NCBI GenBank assembly: GCA_963747235.1
Contig: CAVVEU010000024.1
Location: forward strand, 192,001 to 256,000
Reading direction: 5' to 3'
DNA: 64,000 bases
From: an uncultured Candidatus Rokubacteria bacterium
GTDB taxonomy: Bacteria; Methylomirabilota; Methylomirabilia; Rokubacteriales; CSP1-6
Position numbers and translations under genes: made by a program. Below are positions 20,819 through 32,753 of this stretch, one piece after another. Position 1 is the stretch's first letter; the number at the start of each line of letters is the position of its first letter. Below the pieces are notes generated by a model that saw only the letters and a program-made list of their open reading frames with translations, was not told where the DNA came from and made no database searches.

Positions 20819-22035
20819 GAGGGGCCGCCCGAGCCCAGGTAGGACGAGACGAATCCCGCGGCGGCCGGAGCGCCGAGCGAGCCGAAGCGATCGAGCCGAA
20901 ACGGTGTCGGGCTCACCGGCGAGGGGGTGCCCGTGACGAGGGCGGCCATCATCTCGCCGACCGCCGGGGACAGCTTGAAGCCGTGGCCGGACATGCCCGC
21001 CGCGATCCAGAAGCCGCGCACCGGAGACTCGTCGAGAATCGGCATCCAGTCCGGCGTGATGTCGAAGGCTCCCGCGTAGCCGCGGCTGAACCGCGCGTCG
21101 GCCAGCGCGGGGATGGCCCGGGCGGTGCGGGCCAGGACGTCCGCGGCCTCGTCGAAGCCGGCCTCGCTGCCGAGGAGCTCCGGGTCCATCGGGTGCTGGG
21201 TCTCGTCGTCGGTGAGCGACCCGGTCAACGTGAGGTTGCCGGTCTCGGGCCGCACGTAGCTGCCGCCGGCCAGGTCCAGGTAGACGGTGTGCGCGGGGCC
21301 GAACCCGGCATTCCGCGCCAGCGTGAAGACCGGATGGCGCCCGATCACGATGGGCAGGTCCACGCCGGCCATCCGCGCGACCCGCGGCGACCAGAGGCCC
21401 GCCGCGTTGATGACGACCGGCGCGTCGATCCGCTCACCGGTCGCGGTGTCCACCCCGACGACCCGGTCGGCCCGGCGGCGAATCGCGATCACCTCGACGC
21501 CCTGCTCGATCACGGCGCCGCGGCGGCGTGCCGCGGCGGCGAAGCCCGCGGTCACCGCGCTGGGATCCCCGTACCCGGAGCCCGGCTCCCACAGCACCGC
21601 GCCGAGCCCCGAGGTGTCGATGCGAGGCTCGATGCGCGCCAGGTCGGCCGGCTCCACGATCTCGGCCTGGATCCCGATGCCCTTCTGCAGCGCCAGCGTC
21701 CGCTCGAGCGTCGGCCGCATGGCTGGAGAGACCCCGATGAGCGCGCCGGTGCGGACGAAGCCCGCCTCGCCGCCCACCGCCTCGCCGAAGCGCTCGAAGA
21801 CCGCCAGGGAGCGGAGCACCATCTGGCTCGTCTCGCGGGTCGGATAGAGCTGCCGGATGATGCCGACGGACCGGCCCGTCCCGCCGGAGCCCAGGAACTT
21901 CCGCTCGAGGACGAGGACGCGCCGCAGGCCCGCTCCCGCGAGCTGGAACGCGATCGAGACGCCTGTCACGCCGCCGCCGATGATGACGGCATCGGCCGTC
22001 CGGGCGCTTCCGCTCAAGACCTCACCACGGCACAA
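20815..22035 (-). CDS. FAD-dependent oxidoreductase (DAO/sarcosine oxidase beta family)
   Basis: VIIGGGVTG, STGRSVG-like, VINAAG, TPDWMP, SGHGFKLSP. Confidence 0.88.
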   Translation of the reverse strand: MCRGEVLSGSARTADAVIIGGGVTGVSIAFQLAGAGLRRVLVLERKFLGSGGTGRSVGIIRQLYPTRETSQMVLRSLAVFERFGEAVGGEAGFVRTGALIGVSPAMRPTLERTLALQKGIGIQAEIVEPADLARIEPRIDTSGLGAVLWEPGSGYGDPSAVTAGFAAAARRRGAVIEQGVEVIAIRRRADRVVGVDTATGERIDAPVVINAAGLWSPRVARMAGVDLPIVIGRHPVFTLARNAGFGPAHTVYLDLAGGSYVRPETGNLTLTGSLTDDETQHPMDPELLGSEAGFDEAADVLARTARAIPALADARFSRGYAGAFDITPDWMPILDESPVRGFWIAAGMSGHGFKLSPAVGEMMAALVTGTPSPVSPTPFRLDRFGSLGAPAAAGFVSSYLGSGGPS

Positions 22036-22087
22036 GTATCCACGAGCCCCCGTTTCGGGTGGAAGGAAATGGGCCAGCGCGCGGGGC

Positions 22088-24037
22088 CTACCGGCGAGGC
22101 CCCGCGCGCGATCCGGCGGCCGCTTGGAGAACAGCTCCCGCCGCGGCCGGATCCAGCGTTCTGAGCACGTCGATCTGCGCTTGCGCTTCGAGAGGCTTGC
22201 CGGCGAGCAGGTAGGCTCGGGCCAGCCAGAATCGTTCAGGCGCGCCCGTTGGCCGGAGCGCCACGGCGCGCTCGAGCGGCGGGACGGCCTCGACGGCCTT
22301 TCCGTCCTCTATCAGGGCCTGGCCGAGGTTCCGCCAGAAGGTGGCCTCCGCGGGCAGGAGTCCGGTCGCTTCTCGGAACAGGCCGACCGCTTCCGCGGCC
22401 TTGCCCTCCTGGGCCAGTTCTATCCCCGCATTGTCGAGAGCAAACGCGAGGTTGCCCCGCGCGCTGCCGAGCTGCGGGGAGAGGACGATGGCCTGGCGCA
22501 GCAGCGGAATGGCCTCGGCGTACCGCCGTTGCCGGGCATAGAGCGCTCCCAGGTTCGCGGTGGCCTCGCGGTACTTGGGCGTCAGCCGGAGGGCCTCACG
22601 GAACTCGCCCTCGGCTTCGCCGAGCCGGCCCCGATCCACGAAGAAAGCCCCGAGGCTATTGTGCGCCGTCGGCCGCTCCGGCCGCAGCGCGACGGCGCGG
22701 GTCAGCTCGGCTTCCGCCTCTCGATGAAAGCCCGCCGTCTGCAGGACGCTCCCGAGTTTCTGGCGGCACAGCGCGCACGCGGGATCGGCCGTGACGGCCG
22801 AGCGCCAGAGGCTTTCGGAATCACGCCAGATCCGGCTCTGAACCCAGGTGCCCGCGCCGAGTCCGGCCAGGGCGAGCACCATCGCCGTGGCCGTGGCTCC
22901 GAGCATCCAGCGGCTCACTCGCCCGCGCTCCCGTTGCCGGAGGAGCCACGTCACCGCTGTTCCCGCGAGCACGGCGAACCCGAGACCAGATAGATAACTG
23001 TAGCGGTCGTGCGCGAGCTGGTGGCCGGCGTGCGCGATGCCGCTCACCGGCGCCAGCACGATCATGGAGTGAAGCCAGGCGGCGAGCGCGCCGGGGACCC
23101 GGCGGCGCGCGAGCAGCAGGGTGGCGGTGACCGCGAGCACGCCAACGGTCGGCCAGAGGAACTGGGCATCGAAGAGATGGATGCGGGCGGGAAGCTCGTA
23201 GAGCGGCGAGAGTCGCTCGGGCCAGATGAGCTTCCACGGATAGAACCAGAAGCTATAGCCGGTCATGGCCACCCGAGCCTCGAGCCCGTAGGCGTCGTAG
23301 CTCGTCCAGCCCGCCCCACGGGTGACCGCCCAGCTCGCTACCCCCGCTCCGACGGCGGCGAGCCCGAAGTGCCCCAGCTTCTCCCTGACGAGGGTCGGCC
23401 AGCCGAGGCCCTGGCGGCGGAGTGGGTAGACGTCGAGCACGAGCAGGGTCACCGGGAGCGTCATCGCGATGGCTTTCGACCCGAGGGCCGCCGCGAAGGC
23501 CGCGAGCGATGCCACGAGCCATCGGCCGGTGAGGGCGTGCTCCCGTGTGGCCCCCCGAAGGTAGGCGAGCACCGCCAGGAGATAGAAGAAGCCACAGAGC
23601 AGGTCTCGCCGCTCCGTGATCCACGCGACCGACTCCACGCGAAGGGGGTGGAGCGCCCACAGAAGGGCCGTGGCGGCAGCCCCCAGGGAGACGGCCAGGC
23701 CGCCTTCCGCCAGGAGTCGGCGGGCGACGAAGAAGACGAGCGTGGTGTTCGCCGCGTGGAGAAGGAGATTGCCCAGGTGATATCCCCACGGCTCCATGCC
23801 GCCGAGCGCATGGTTGAGCCCGAAGGTCAGCCACGTGAGCGGGATGTAGTGCCCCATCCACGTCGCGGTGAACATCCACTGCAGCTCACGTAGGCCCAGG
23901 CCGCGATATTCCGTGTTCCACAGGAAGTTCCGGTCGTCGTCCCAGTCCAGGAACCCTCCGTCGAGGGCCGGAAGGAACGCGACAAACGCAAGGACGCCGA
24001 CGAGAACCGGGAGCAGCGCCCGCCGCAGGCGGCTCAT
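22088..24037 (-). CDS. TMTC-like GT-C + TPR protein, copy 2
   Basis: WDD loop, GHYIPLTW, HPLRVESVAW..ERRD, HDRYSYL, CALC, TPRs. Confidence 0.82.
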   Translation of the reverse strand: MSRLRRALLPVLVGVLAFVAFLPALDGGFLDWDDDRNFLWNTEYRGLGLRELQWMFTATWMGHYIPLTWLTFGLNHALGGMEPWGYHLGNLLLHAANTTLVFFVARRLLAEGGLAVSLGAAATALLWALHPLRVESVAWITERRDLLCGFFYLLAVLAYLRGATREHALTGRWLVASLAAFAAALGSKAIAMTLPVTLLVLDVYPLRRQGLGWPTLVREKLGHFGLAAVGAGVASWAVTRGAGWTSYDAYGLEARVAMTGYSFWFYPWKLIWPERLSPLYELPARIHLFDAQFLWPTVGVLAVTATLLLARRRVPGALAAWLHSMIVLAPVSGIAHAGHQLAHDRYSYLSGLGFAVLAGTAVTWLLRQRERGRVSRWMLGATATAMVLALAGLGAGTWVQSRIWRDSESLWRSAVTADPACALCRQKLGSVLQTAGFHREAEAELTRAVALRPERPTAHNSLGAFFVDRGRLGEAEGEFREALRLTPKYREATANLGALYARQRRYAEAIPLLRQAIVLSPQLGSARGNLAFALDNAGIELAQEGKAAEAVGLFREATGLLPAEATFWRNLGQALIEDGKAVEAVPPLERAVALRPTGAPERFWLARAYLLAGKPLEAQAQIDVLRTLDPAAAGAVLQAAAGSRAGPRR

Positions 24038-26085
24038 CGGCTGAGCTCCGCCGCGTGCGCGGGCGCCAGCGTGCGCAGCGTGGCGGCCTCGCGGTCGGCC
24101 TCCGGCAGTCGTCCGGCGAGCCGGTAGGCGCGCGCCAGCCAGAGGCGCTCCGCTCCACGCTGGGGGGCCAGCGCGACGGCCCGCTCGAGGACCGGAATGG
24201 CCTCGACCCCTTTGCCTCGCTCGACGAGGGCCTGGCCCAGCCCACGAAGGAGATCGGGATCCTCGCCCGCGAGGGGCGCCGCTTCCTGCCAGAGGCGCGC
24301 GGCCTCGTCGAGCCGGTCCTCCCGCGCGAGCTCGATGGCCCGGCTCCTCAGGGCTCGGCCGAGGTCGGCCCTGACCCCGGCCCGTCCGCCATCGAGCGCA
24401 AGCGCGCGACGGAGGGGGCCGACCGCCTCCTCGAAGCGGCCCTGCCTCGTGTAGAGGACGCCCAGGTTGGCGGGGCCATCCACGAGTCGGGGCGACAGCC
24501 GTGCCGCCTCCTGGAACTCGGTCTCGGCCTCGCGGTCGCGCCCCTGGCTGGCCAGCGCCACTCCCAGCGCGTTGCGGGACGCCGCACGGTCGGGCTGGAG
24601 CGTCGCGGCGCGCCGGAAGTGCTCCTCCGCCTCACGATAGCGACCTTGAGCGAGCATGATCGTGCCCATGTTCTCGTGCGGGCCCGGGCGATCGGGCCGG
24701 AGCGCGATCGCCCGCTGTACCTGCGTCTCGCCCTCCGCGAAGCGACCTGGGCGCGCCACCACCCGCCCGAGATTGCTCGCGCAGAGCGAGCAGGTCGGAT
24801 CGAGCTCGACGGCCCGCCGCCAGAGCGTCTCGGAGTCCTGCCAGGCCACCGTCTGCGCTCGGGCGCCCGCTCCGAGGGCGACCACGACCAGCGCGGCCGC
24901 GGTCCACGCGAGGGGGCGCACCCAGTGGCGCGCCGCCCGGCCGGCGGCGTGCAAGATCCAGACGAGGCCGGCGCCGGCCAGGACCGACAATCCAAGCCCC
25001 GCGAGATAGCTGTAGCGGTCGGCGGTGAGCTGATAGCCCGAGTGGACGACGCCGCTGATCGGCACCAGCACGATGACCGACTGGGCCCAGGCGGCGAGCC
25101 CCGCGGGCCACCGCCGCCGCAGGAGCACGAGCGTGGCGGTGAGAACGGTCACGGCCAGCAGCGGCCCGAGGAACCGTGCCTGGCCGAGATCGACGCGCTG
25201 GGGCAGCTCGTACATCGGCGACAGGCCGGCCGGCCAGACCGATTTCCACCAGGAGAACCACAGGGTGTACGCCGCCAATGCCAGGCGGGCGCCGGTCCCG
25301 TACTGCGTGTAGGCCGTGATGTTGCCGCTCTCCTGCCGAGCGACGAATGCCACGACGCCGGCCGCGCCGGCAAGAAGCGCGTAGGGCAGCTTCTCCCGGG
25401 CGAGGATCCACCAGCCAAGCGTGAGCCGGCGGAGCGGATACACGTCCAGCAGCAGCAGGGTGAGGGGCAGCGTCATCGCGATGGTCTTCGACGAGAGGGC
25501 GGCCGCGAAGGCGCCCAGGGAAAGCGCCCAGCACCGACGCTCGATCCCGGCTCCGCCAGCCACGCCCCGGAGGTACGCCAGGACCGCGAGGAGATAGAAG
25601 AGCCCGCATAGCACGTCCCGCCGGGCGCTGGCCCACGCGACGGCCTCGGCGCGCAACGGATGCAGGCCCCAGACGAGTGCCGCGATGGTGGCGCCGGCCG
25701 CGATCGTCGCGCTGGTGGTCGCGGCGGTCGCCCCGACCGTGAGCAGCCGGCGCGCGACGAGCCAGAGCAGCGCGACGCTGGCCGAGTGTAGGAGGAGGTT
25801 GCCGAGGTGATAGCCCCACGGGTCGAGGCCGCCCGTGACGTAGTTGAGGCTCCAGGTCATCCAGGTGAGCGGGCTCCAGTGACCGAGGAACGTGGTGGTG
25901 AGCATCCACCGCAGCTGGGCCCAGCCGAGCCCGCGATAGGCGGTGTTGGTGAGGAAGCTCGTCTCGTCGTCCCAGTTGACGAAGGTGGCCTCGATCGTCG
26001 GGAGGAAGGTGAGGAAGGCGAGGGCCGCCGCCAGGCCTGGCAGCCATCTCTCGAACCGCTGCGTCTCGTCGCCCGTCGGGGTCAT
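24034..26085 (-). CDS. TMTC-like GT-C + TPR protein, copy 3
   Basis: VNWDD, GHWSPLTW, HPLRAEAVAW, ADRYSYL, CSLC, TPRs; ATGA overlap with copy 2. Confidence 0.82.
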   Translation of the reverse strand: MTPTGDETQRFERWLPGLAAALAFLTFLPTIEATFVNWDDETSFLTNTAYRGLGWAQLRWMLTTTFLGHWSPLTWMTWSLNYVTGGLDPWGYHLGNLLLHSASVALLWLVARRLLTVGATAATTSATIAAGATIAALVWGLHPLRAEAVAWASARRDVLCGLFYLLAVLAYLRGVAGGAGIERRCWALSLGAFAAALSSKTIAMTLPLTLLLLDVYPLRRLTLGWWILAREKLPYALLAGAAGVVAFVARQESGNITAYTQYGTGARLALAAYTLWFSWWKSVWPAGLSPMYELPQRVDLGQARFLGPLLAVTVLTATLVLLRRRWPAGLAAWAQSVIVLVPISGVVHSGYQLTADRYSYLAGLGLSVLAGAGLVWILHAAGRAARHWVRPLAWTAAALVVVALGAGARAQTVAWQDSETLWRRAVELDPTCSLCASNLGRVVARPGRFAEGETQVQRAIALRPDRPGPHENMGTIMLAQGRYREAEEHFRRAATLQPDRAASRNALGVALASQGRDREAETEFQEAARLSPRLVDGPANLGVLYTRQGRFEEAVGPLRRALALDGGRAGVRADLGRALRSRAIELAREDRLDEAARLWQEAAPLAGEDPDLLRGLGQALVERGKGVEAIPVLERAVALAPQRGAERLWLARAYRLAGRLPEADREAATLRTLAPAHAAELSR

Positions 26086-26199
26086 GGTCGTAAAGGCCAG
26101 AGAAGTCGGCCACTTCCAGTATAGGGGCTGGGGTATTTTTCCGGCCGCGTCTCCGGCGTGGGAGAGGTGTACCGCGGTGCGGTAAGAAGCGGGGCTGGG

Positions 26200-27175
26200 T
26201 CAGAGCGACACCTCGGCGCCCAGTCCCGCCGCCACGGCCCGGTCATAGGCCAGGCGTGCGGTCACCGCGTCCTCGGGCGCGAATCCCACCGACTTGAACA
26301 GGGTGATCTCCTGGGGCGAAGTCCGGCCCCGCCGGGTGCCGGCCACCAGCTCGGCCAGGTCCGCCCGCACGTGGCGCCGGGTGATGGCGCGGGCCTTGAT
26401 CGGGATGAGCAGATCCCCGGCCTCTTCCCAGGCGCCTTCATACGTGTCCACCACGACCCGCGATCTCTGGACGGTCAGCGTATCGACTTCGCGCGTGGCG
26501 GGCCGGAACGTGCCGACGCCGTCCACGTGGGTGCCGGGCGCGAGGTCGCGGCCCGAGAAGACGGGCCGCGAGGCGGTGGTGGCGCAGGTGATCACGTCGG
26601 CCCCGGTCACCGCCGCCTTCCGGCTGCTCGCGACGCGCACCTCGATGCCCAGCTCGCCACGCATCTTCTGGGCGAACGCGGCGGCCCGCCGCGGGTCGCG
26701 GCCCACCACCCGGACCTCGACCAGGGGCAGGACCTGGCTCAGGCAGAGAAGCTGGAAGCGCGCCTGCACGCCCGCGCCGAAGCAGGCCGCCACGCGCGAG
26801 TCGGGCCGGGCCAGGTAGCGGGCGGCCACCGCGGACGTCGCGCCCGTGCGGATGGCGGTGAGGAAGCCGGCTTCCATCAGGGCCAGCGGGGCGCCGGTCT
26901 CCGGATCGGTGAGCAGGTAGGTGGCGTGGATGGTGGGCAGCCCCCGACGCCGATTGCGCTCCACCACCGTCACCAGCTTGGTGCCGAGGGCGCCCAGGCG
27001 GGGCAGGGCCGAGACCATGGCCAGGAACACCCCGTGCCGGCCCATCGGCAGGACTGTGCGCGGGAAGAGCCACGACTCGCCCGGCGGCGGACTCGCGGAA
27101 GGCGCGCTCCACGGCCGCGATCACGTCGGCGGGCGGCAGGAGCGCCTCCAGCACCTCGCGGCCGAGGATCCGCAT
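26200..27175 (-). CDS. Ornithine cyclodeaminase / mu-crystallin family (indel near 27060)
   Basis: KLVTV, LTAIRTGA, GAGVQA, TLFKSVG..ED. Confidence 0.87.
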
Positions 27176-27630
27176 CACGCGGACTTGCGCTTGATCATCC
27201 GTTTCACGGCCGCTTCCAGGACCACCTCGCCGCGCTGGTTGGTGACCTCGTGGCGGTAGGTCACGATGCCGCGATCGGCCTTCTTGGTCTCGCGCTTGTC
27301 CGTGATCGTGACGCTGACGTGCAGCGTGTCGCCCTCCAGCACCGGCGCCACGATGCGGATCTCGCTGCCGAGGTACGACATGCCGGTGCCGTGGATGAGC
27401 CCGGTCTGCATGATGAGGCCTTCCGAGAGGCAGAAGGTCATCGCGCCCGGCGCGGCGCGGCCCTTGAAGACCGACTCCTTGGCGACGAATTCCATGTCCA
27501 TGAAGAGGGGCTCGTTGAAGCCGCACAGGTTGACGAAGGCGCAGATGTCGGCCTCCGACACGGTGCGGCCGAGCGTCCGGTACACGGCGCCCACCGCGTG
27601 CTCCTCGTAGGTCAGTCCCGCGCTTTTCAC
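27175..27630 (-). CDS. MaoC/PaaZ-like hot-dog fold dehydratase
   Basis: GRTVSEADI, EPLFMD, PVLEGDTL, NQRGEVV. Confidence 0.85.
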   Translation of the reverse strand: MKSAGLTYEEHAVGAVYRTLGRTVSEADICAFVNLCGFNEPLFMDMEFVAKESVFKGRAAPGAMTFCLSEGLIMQTGLIHGTGMSYLGSEIRIVAPVLEGDTLHVSVTITDKRETKKADRGIVTYRHEVTNQRGEVVLEAAVKRMIKRKSA

Positions 27631-27671
27631 GCTCGCGCTCCTCTTCGTTCTTGGCTCGTCGTTCCTGGCGC

Positions 27672-28368
<697 letters not shown>

Positions 28369-28388
<20 letters not shown>

Positions 28389-29175
28389 TCGCCGCGCTCG
28401 CGCCGGGGGTCCACCGCCGGCGGCCGAGATACGCCTCGATCACGCGGGGATCCCGCTGGACATCAGAGGGCCGGCCCTCCGCGATCTTCTCCCCGTAGTC
28501 GAGCACCGTGACGCGATCCGAGACCTCCATCACCACCCGCATGTTGTGCTCGATCAGGAGCAGGGTGAGCTTGCGCTCCTCGACCAGCCGGCGCAGCAGC
28601 GCCATGAGGCCGCGGGCCTCGCCCTGGGTCATGCCCGCGGTCGGCTCGTCGAGCAGCAGCAGCGCCGGATCGGAGGCGAGGGCGCGCGCCAGCTCGAGGC
28701 GCCGCTGGTCGCCGTAGGGCAGGTTGCGCGCGAGCTCGTTGGCCTTGTCCCGGAGACCGGCCACCTCGAGGAGCTCGGCGCCGTGCTCCCACTGCCGCCG
28801 CTCCTGGTCCCGCCAGCGCTGGTTCCGGGTGATCACGTCCCAGAAGCTCAGCGGGACCCGGCTGTGCATGCCCACCAGCACGTTCTCGATGGCGGTCATC
28901 CGGGGGAACAGGCGGATGTTCTGGAAGGTGCGGCAGATGCCGAGCGCGGTGATCTCGTCGGGGCGCCGGCCGAGGACGGGGGCGCCCCGGAAGGTCACGA
29001 CGCCTTCCTCCGGCACGTAGATCCCGGTGAACACGTTGAAGAACGTGGTCTTGCCCGCCCCGTTGGGCCCGATGATCGAGGCGATGTGGCCTTCCTCGAG
29101 CGTGAAGTCGACCGTGTTGAGCGCGGTCAACCCGCCGAAGCGCTTGCTCACGGCCCGGGCCTCGAGCAGCGGCAT
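28369..29175 (-). CDS. livG: Branched-chain amino acid ABC transporter ATPase
   Basis: MPLLEARAVSKRFGG, GPNGAGKTT, RTFQNIRLF, LPYGDQRR, IEAYLG. Confidence 0.9.
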
Positions 29176-30435
29176 CAGGGCTTCTCGGTGAGCTCCCGGT
29201 GTCGGCGCTTCGCGGGCAGGATGCCCTGGGGGCGGAAGATCATCATGAGCACGAGGATGAGGCCGAAGACCATCCGCTCGTACTTGGCCGGCTCGAGCTG
29301 GGTGGGCAGGTTGACGAGATCGTAGCCGAAGATGACGGTCCCCGCGTTCCGCAGCTCGTTGAGCCAGAGCGACAGGCCCTTGAGCACCTGCAGGTTCAGG
29401 ATGGTCACCACCGCGGCGCCCAGGATCGCGCCGGGAATCGAGCCCATGCCGCCGAGGATGATCATGGCGAGCACGCCGATGGACTCCATGAACGTGAAGG
29501 ACTCGGGGTTGATGAAGATCTGCTTGGCCGAGAAGAGCACCCCGACGGTCCCCGCGAAGGAGGCGCCGCAGGCGAAGGCGAGCAGCTTCATGCGCACGAG
29601 GGGGACGCCCATCGCCTGCGCCGCGGTCTGGTCCTCGCGGATCGCTTCCCACGCCCGGCCGATGTGCGAGTCCTCCAGGCGCCGGTTCGCGAGCACGGTG
29701 GCGCCCACGATGACGCAGCACGAGCGCGTACAGGTAGAGCGGGTAGATGACGTTGGGGTTGGGATCGATGCCGATCGCCTCGAGCGGCGCGGCGAAGAAG
29801 ATGGGCGGCCGCCCGATGGGGGTGATGCCCTTGGGCCCGTTGGTGAGGTTGATCGGCTTGTCGAGATTGTTGGCGAGCACGCGGATCACCTCGCCGAAGC
29901 CGAGCGTCACCAGGGCCAGGTAGTCGCCGTGAAGGCGCAGCACCGGCAGGCCGAGCAGGATGCCCGCGCCGGCGGCCACCGCCACCCCGACGAAGAGGAA
30001 CACGAAGAACCACCACGGGTTCAGCGGGAAATAGTCGCCCCCGAAGATCAGGTTGGCCTGCGGCGAGCCGAAGATCGCCCAGGAATAGGCCCCCACCGCG
30101 AAGAAGGCCACGTAGCCCAGGTCGAGCAGGCCCGCCAGCCCGACCACGATGTTGAGGCCGAGCGCGAGCGCCACGAAGATGCCGACCTGGATCGCGATCT
30201 CCATGTAGTACGCGTTGACCGTCCCGATCCACGGCATCAACACGCCCAGGGTGATGACGGTGAGCGCGCCCTTGACGAGGGCGGGCATGCGGGCCAGGTA
30301 GAGGAGCAGCATCGTGCTCTGGAAGAGCAGGAAGACCGAGACCGCGCGGGGACTGTAGAGCACGCCCCAGGTCGTGGCCGCGAGCAGGGCGGTGACCAGG
30401 ATGCTCGCGGGGAGGGGGCGGTTGAGCAGGTTCAC
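29175..30435 (-). CDS. livM: Branched-chain amino acid ABC transporter permease (indel near 29715)
   Basis: GLNIVVGLAGLLDLG, LRLHGDYLA, GRAWEAIRED, FRPQG. Confidence 0.88.
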
Positions 30436-31404
30436 GCCCGCTCCCGGACGACTCTCGCCGAGGAGGCCCTTGGGACGGAAGATGAGAATCAGGATCAGGA
30501 TCGAGAACGCGAAGATGTCCTTGTACTCCGCGCCGAAGGCGCCGCCGGTGAGGAGCGACAGGTAGGACGCCGCGAAGGCCTCGAGCAGGCCGAGGACGAG
30601 ACCGCCCAGCATGGCGCCGGGAATATTGCCGATGCCGCCCAGCACCGCGGCGGTGAAGGCCTTGAGTCCCGGGATGAAGCCGGTGTAGGGATTGATCAGG
30701 CTGTACTGCACGCCGAAGAGCACCCCGGCGCCCCCGCCCATGGCCCCGCCGATCAGGAAGGTCAGCGAGATGATCCGGTTCACGTTGATGCCCATCAGCG
30801 AGGCGGCGGCCTGGTCCTCGGCCACCGCGCGGATCGCCTTGCCGACCTTGGTGCGGTTGACGAGGGTGTGCAGGCTCCAGAGCATGATCAGGGCGGCCAC
30901 GATCACCACGAGCGACTTGACGGAGACGTCGATCGTCTCGGTCAGCTCGAAGCGGTGATTGAGCACGTCCATGGTCGGGTACACGAGGTTGAAGGAGTTG
31001 CGCCAGAGCGACTCGAAGAGCCGGATCGCGTCCTGGAGGAAGAAGGAGACGCCGATCGCCGAGATCAGGGGGATGAGCCGCGGCGCGCTCCGCAGGGGCC
31101 GGTAGGCGGTCCGCTCGATCACCACCGCGACCGCGCCGCTCACCGCCATGCCCGCGACCAGCACCAGGAACAGCACGAGGACCCACGGCAGCACGTCGAG
31201 CCAGCCCGCCGACTTGAACGACAGGAGTATTTCCACGCCCACGAAGGCCCCGATGATGAAGATCTCGGAGTGGGCGAAGTTGATGAACTCGAGCACGCCG
31301 TAGACCATGGTGTAGCCGAGCGCGATCAGGGCGTACATGAAGCCCAGGGTGAGACCGTCCAGGAGGACCTGCGGGAAGATGCCGATCAGGAGGTCAAAGT
31401 CCAT
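30432..31404 (-). CDS. livH: Branched-chain amino acid ABC transporter permease (indel near the C-terminus)
   Basis: YALIALGYTMVYG, NFAH, KAFTAAVLGGIG. Confidence 0.9.
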
Positions 31405-31433
31405 CGGCAGTCAGCGGGAAGGCGGGGAGCAGT

Positions 31434-31466
31434 GGGAGGGGCGCCCGGTCTTCGGGCGCCCCTCCC
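31434..31466. terminator. Strong GC hairpin between livK and livH (mRNA stabiliser or attenuator)
   Basis: GGGAGGGGCGCCCG-gtctt-CGGGCGCCCCTCCC, perfect 14-bp stem. Confidence 0.65.
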
Positions 31467-31479
31467 GCGGAGGGCCGCG

Positions 31480-32676
31480 TTACTTCTTGACCGCGGGCGG
31501 CGCGATCGTGAGCTGCTTGACGATCTTGTTGTCACCCCACTTCTCGGGGTTGTCGCTCACGACCGTCAGGATGAAGTACTGGGCCTTCAGGCGGTCGCCC
31601 TTGCTGTCGAAGGCGATCTCGCCGGTGATCCCGGAGAGCTTGACCTTGCGGACCGCGGCCGAGACATCCTCGCGGGTCATCTTCTTGCCGCTCTTGGCGA
31701 CGTCCTCCAGCGCCTTGATGGCGATCGTGGTCGCGTCGTAGGCCTCGGCCGCGTAGGGCTCGGGGTTCTTGCTGAACTTCTTCTTGAAGTCGTCCACGAA
31801 CGCCTTGGCCTTCGGCAGCGCGGAGGCGGGGCCCGCCGCGGAGGTGTAGTGCATGCCCACCACGGCCTTGCCCGCGATCTTGGTCAGGTCCGAGGAGTCC
31901 ATGCCGTCCGGGCCCATGAACTTGGACTTGATGCCCTTCTCGCGCGCCTGCTTGAAGAACGGCGCCCCCTGGTCGTAGATGCCGCCGAAGTAGATGACGT
32001 CGGGGTTCTTGGCCTTGATCGGGGTCAGGAGCGGGTCGAAGTTCGACTTCTCCTCGGTGCCCTCGAAGCCCAGGACCTTGATGCCCTTCTTCTCGGCGTC
32101 CGCCTTGAAGAATTCGGCGATGCTCTGCCCGTACTGGGTCTTGTCGTGCACGATGTAGGCGCTCTTGACCTTGAGGGTCCCGTGGACGAACTCGGAGCCC
32201 ACCACGCCCTGCACGTCGTCACGCCCGCACACCCGGTTCACGTTGACGTAGTTGCGATCGGTGACGACCGGGTTGGTGTTGGCCGGAGAGACCATGGCCA
32301 GCGTGACTTCCTTGTAGACCTCGGACGACGGGATCGCCACGCCCGAGTTCAGGTGGCCGATGACCACCATGATGTCCTTGTCCGCGATGATGTTCTTCGC
32401 GTTGGCCACCCCGACGTCCGGCTTGGCCTGGTCGTCGAACGGCACGAAGTCGACCTTGTAGCCCATCTTCTCCAGGTTGCCCCGGAGCTTCTCGACCGCG
32501 AGCTGGGCTCCGAGCTTGATGCCCTCGCCGAGCACGGCCTGGCCACCCGACAGGGGGCTCTGGGAGGCGATCTTGATGGTGCCCTTGGACTGGGCGTCGG
32601 CGATGGAGGCCACCGGGAGCACCAGCGCCAACGCAGTAATCGCGGCGATGACCAGACGAAGTCGTGCGAGTTTCAT
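31480..32676 (-). CDS. livK: Branched-chain amino acid ABC transporter substrate-binding protein
   Basis: Signal peptide, PLSG, DDQ, GHLNSG, RDDVQG, YDA. Confidence 0.9.
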   Translation of the reverse strand: MKLARLRLVIAAITALALVLPVASIADAQSKGTIKIASQSPLSGGQAVLGEGIKLGAQLAVEKLRGNLEKMGYKVDFVPFDDQAKPDVGVANAKNIIADKDIMVVIGHLNSGVAIPSSEVYKEVTLAMVSPANTNPVVTDRNYVNVNRVCGRDDVQGVVGSEFVHGTLKVKSAYIVHDKTQYGQSIAEFFKADAEKKGIKVLGFEGTEEKSNFDPLLTPIKAKNPDVIYFGGIYDQGAPFFKQAREKGIKSKFMGPDGMDSSDLTKIAGKAVVGMHYTSAAGPASALPKAKAFVDDFKKKFSKNPEPYAAEAYDATTIAIKALEDVAKSGKKMTREDVSAAVRKVKLSGITGEIAFDSKGDRLKAQYFILTVVSDNPEKWGDNKIVKQLTIAPPAVKK

Positions 32677-32725
32677 CGGCTCCTCCTCCTTGACCTGACG
32701 GAAACGGGTGGGTTCAAGCGCGGCC

Positions 32726-32753
32726 ATTATAGCGATTTCTGGACGATCGTCAA
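32726..32753 (-). promoter_or_regulatory. sigma70-like promoter of the liv operon
   Basis: TTGACG-N16-TATAAT. Confidence 0.6.
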